64,000 nucleotides of DNA from Macrostomum lignano (taxonomy: Eukaryota): positions 186,001 to 250,000 of the forward strand of contig NIVC01000434.1 of the NCBI GenBank assembly GCA_002269645.1, in the 5' to 3' direction. Position numbers and translations under genes: made by a program. How positions within the stretch are numbered: the stretch's first letter is position 1; every line of letters starts with the position of its first letter. A model generated the notes under the pieces. It was not told the origin of the DNA and did not search any database. It saw only the letters and a program-made list of their open reading frames with translations. This document shows, in pieces, positions 62,064 to 64,000 of this stretch.

Positions 62064-63880
62064 GTTGTTGTTGTTGTTGTTGTTGGGGGCAAAGGTGCTG
62101 AGGGAGTCAGAGGCTTCGCCTCGCAAGCGCCACCAACCTTGCGGGGGCGACAGTCAGAATCCCGGGGTCCAGGGTGTCCTCGTCGAACAGCTCGAGGCGG
62201 AGCCTCCGGAGGGCCGGGCAACCGAGCCAGTGCTCGAGGTCTTCCGGGCCCTCCTCGCAGCGTGGGCAAATGGGGTCTGCCGTCGGGTTGACGATGCGAC
62301 TGTATGTGCGGAGAAGGCTGCAGTGGCCCGCACGGAGCCTCGCCAGGAGGACGGCATCCTGACGATTCTGAAGTTCGGCGCAGTCGCGTTGCTGGTTGAT
62401 TTCCGCACACAGAAATCGTGCGGGCGTGGGTCAGGGGCGGGTCACCGATCTCGCGCCTGACCGCTGCCACCGCGCTGCTGTACGAGGTGCTCGCTGGCGC
62501 GCCAGCGATGGATGCGGCATTCTTGGCGGCTGCGTCCACCATCTCGTTACCAGGGATGCCGCAGTGCGCTGGGATCCACTGGAGAGTGAGGGAGGCAACC
62601 CAGCAGTTCAAGTCCGGGAGCGAGCATCTCGGCACAATGCTCATGAGGGCGTCGAGCAGTGCGCGACTGTTGGAGCAGATCAACACTTGGCCAGTGACTT
62701 GATGGTCGTTGAGCCAGGCCATGGCCAGTCCGAGGGCGCAGCGCTCCTCGTCGAAGCTGCAGGTCGGCGAGGCGCCGCGGGCAGCGACGGTGTCGACGAC
62801 CTGCGGGGAGGCAGGGTCGCCGCAGGTGACCACGCATGCTGCGCCCCCCTCAGAGCAGCCGCCTTCGGTGGAGCCGTCCATGTAAAGAACCAGGTCAGCG
62901 TTCGCCGTGCGGATGGATAATATCGCCTGGTCCCTGGCTAAGTCAGCGCTGTCTTGTTGCGTTGTCGGGTGAGCAGCCTGCCTGAGTCTGACAGCGACGG
63001 TCAACAGCAAGCGCGTCACGGTCCAGCCTGCCGCCAGGTGGATCTAAGGGCAGCGGGGGAGCGGTGGGAGGGCTTCGCGGCAGCCCAGGTTTCCCGGCAT
63101 TCTTGCCAGAAGTTGCTAGGCTTTGCATTGCTTTGAAGGTAGTTAGGAGACTGTCTTTAGACCAGCCCCACGACCTGGCAGCGAGGCACGCTAGGAGACG
63201 GCAGCGGTTGCCGACTGTTCTGCAAACTTTGGATACCTGTTTGCTAAAGGAAAGCGTGCGGTCAAGATAGACGCCCAAGAAATGAGGGCTGCTGCAGAAC
63301 AGAATGGTAGTGTCGTTGAGGCAGATGCTGGGCTGGAGGGCGGCCTGATGCGGGTCGGTAGTGAACAGGGCGCATTCGCTTTTGGTCGGGTTCAGCACCA
63401 TGTGGTTGCCTCGGCTCCAGTTCGCGATGCAGTTGACCGCGTCTTGGAGGACTAGTGTAGCTGTTGCGATGTCGTTGCTCTGGCTGCGGAGGGCAATGTA
63501 GTCAGCATACATCAGGGCGTCAACTTGCGCCGGGATGGCCGACACCACAGGGTCCAGAAACAATAAAAAGCAGCAGGGTGATGACTGAGCCCTGCGGGAG
63601 CCCTTGGCAAAGCCGGCGGTAGTGTCCGTTGGTGCCGTTGACGCACACGCGGGCTTGGCGGTTGCTGAGAAAGGCGCGGACCCACCGGACGTAGATCCCT
63701 GGTACACCTTTCTCAATGAGAGTGAGGAGTAGGCGCTCAATCCAGACTTTGTCATAGGCTTTACTAAAATCGAGAAACGCCATGATGGAGCGCAGCATGG
63801 GCGAGTTCTGGAAGCCGTCGCTGATGCTCTGGACAGCTGACAGAATTTGGTCCTCGTAGCTGCGGAGTCGGCGGAAGCCA
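62064..63880 (-). mobile_element. 5'-truncated non-LTR retrotransposon (I-group-like: RT, RNase H, CCHC) with (CAA)7 tail, inserted in the gypsy gag (CAG)n tract
   Basis: Starts at GFRRLRSYEDQI; LDFSKAYDKV; GLPQGS; YADY (YADD variant); FLGVYLD; RNase H LYMDGS..WIPAHCGIPGNE; CPRC..EHWLGC; stop at 62109-62107, 22-nt 3' UTR, (AAC)7; flanked by (AGC)6 and (AGC)5. Confidence 0.92.
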
Positions 63881-64000
63881 GCTGCTGCTGCTGCTGCTGG
63901 CGACGTTGACCTCCTGCTGGCGGCGTTCTCGGCGGCGGGTTGCTGCCGTCGCGTGGTTGCTGAAGTCGATGGAACTGGTCATGTTGCACAATTCGTGTGC

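Larger units (their letters stand above)
57326..64000 (-). mobile_element. Degenerate Ty3/gypsy LTR retrotransposon (gag-PR-RT-RH-INT order), continuing beyond the window end; LTRs not identified
   Basis: Zinc knuckle CYRCNREHRADEC; protease LLDTGS; RT PKKDGSLR..DFRSLN, DLNSGYYQI, MPMGL, AYLDDVIV; RNase H DMDAS..ELLAV..RTDH; integrase H-x-GH..C-x2-C, IDIMGP, HSDQG, GFSP..YG; several stops and frameshifts. Confidence 0.95.

Overview
Animal (metazoan) genomic DNA, not prokaryotic. GC-rich, polyQ/polyA-rich exons and introns filled with minisatellites suggest a free-living flatworm such as Macrostomum (inference only). Three spliced host genes can be assembled exon by exon: par-3/bazooka (minus, 2178-15239), a ceramide-kinase-family gene with degenerate catalytic motifs (plus, 18331-25764), and dynactin subunit 4 (plus, 30464-40240). 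An accessory block holds two secreted proteins with uninterrupted coding sequences: a stand-alone PAN/apple-like six-Cys domain (41278-41598) and the same domain fused to a GH45 subfamily A endoglucanase (44315-45283). Mobile elements: two related solo LTRs of about 2.02 kb with 4-bp TSDs (27353-29372, 50676-52703); a mariner deletion derivative with 196-bp inverted ends; tRNA-headed SINEs; an RTE fossil; and a degenerate Ty3/gypsy element whose gag polyQ (CAG)n tract is interrupted by a 5'-truncated RT-RNaseH LINE with a (CAA)n tail. The most unusual signal is a sharply bounded mutational footprint. The first introns of par-3 and DCTN4 have lost almost all CpG and most CAG/CTG and have gained TAG/CTA, which points to domain-restricted CpG plus CpA deamination (RIP-like, or non-CpG methylation). 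All counts are by eye and all family assignments are from recalled motifs; no searches were run.
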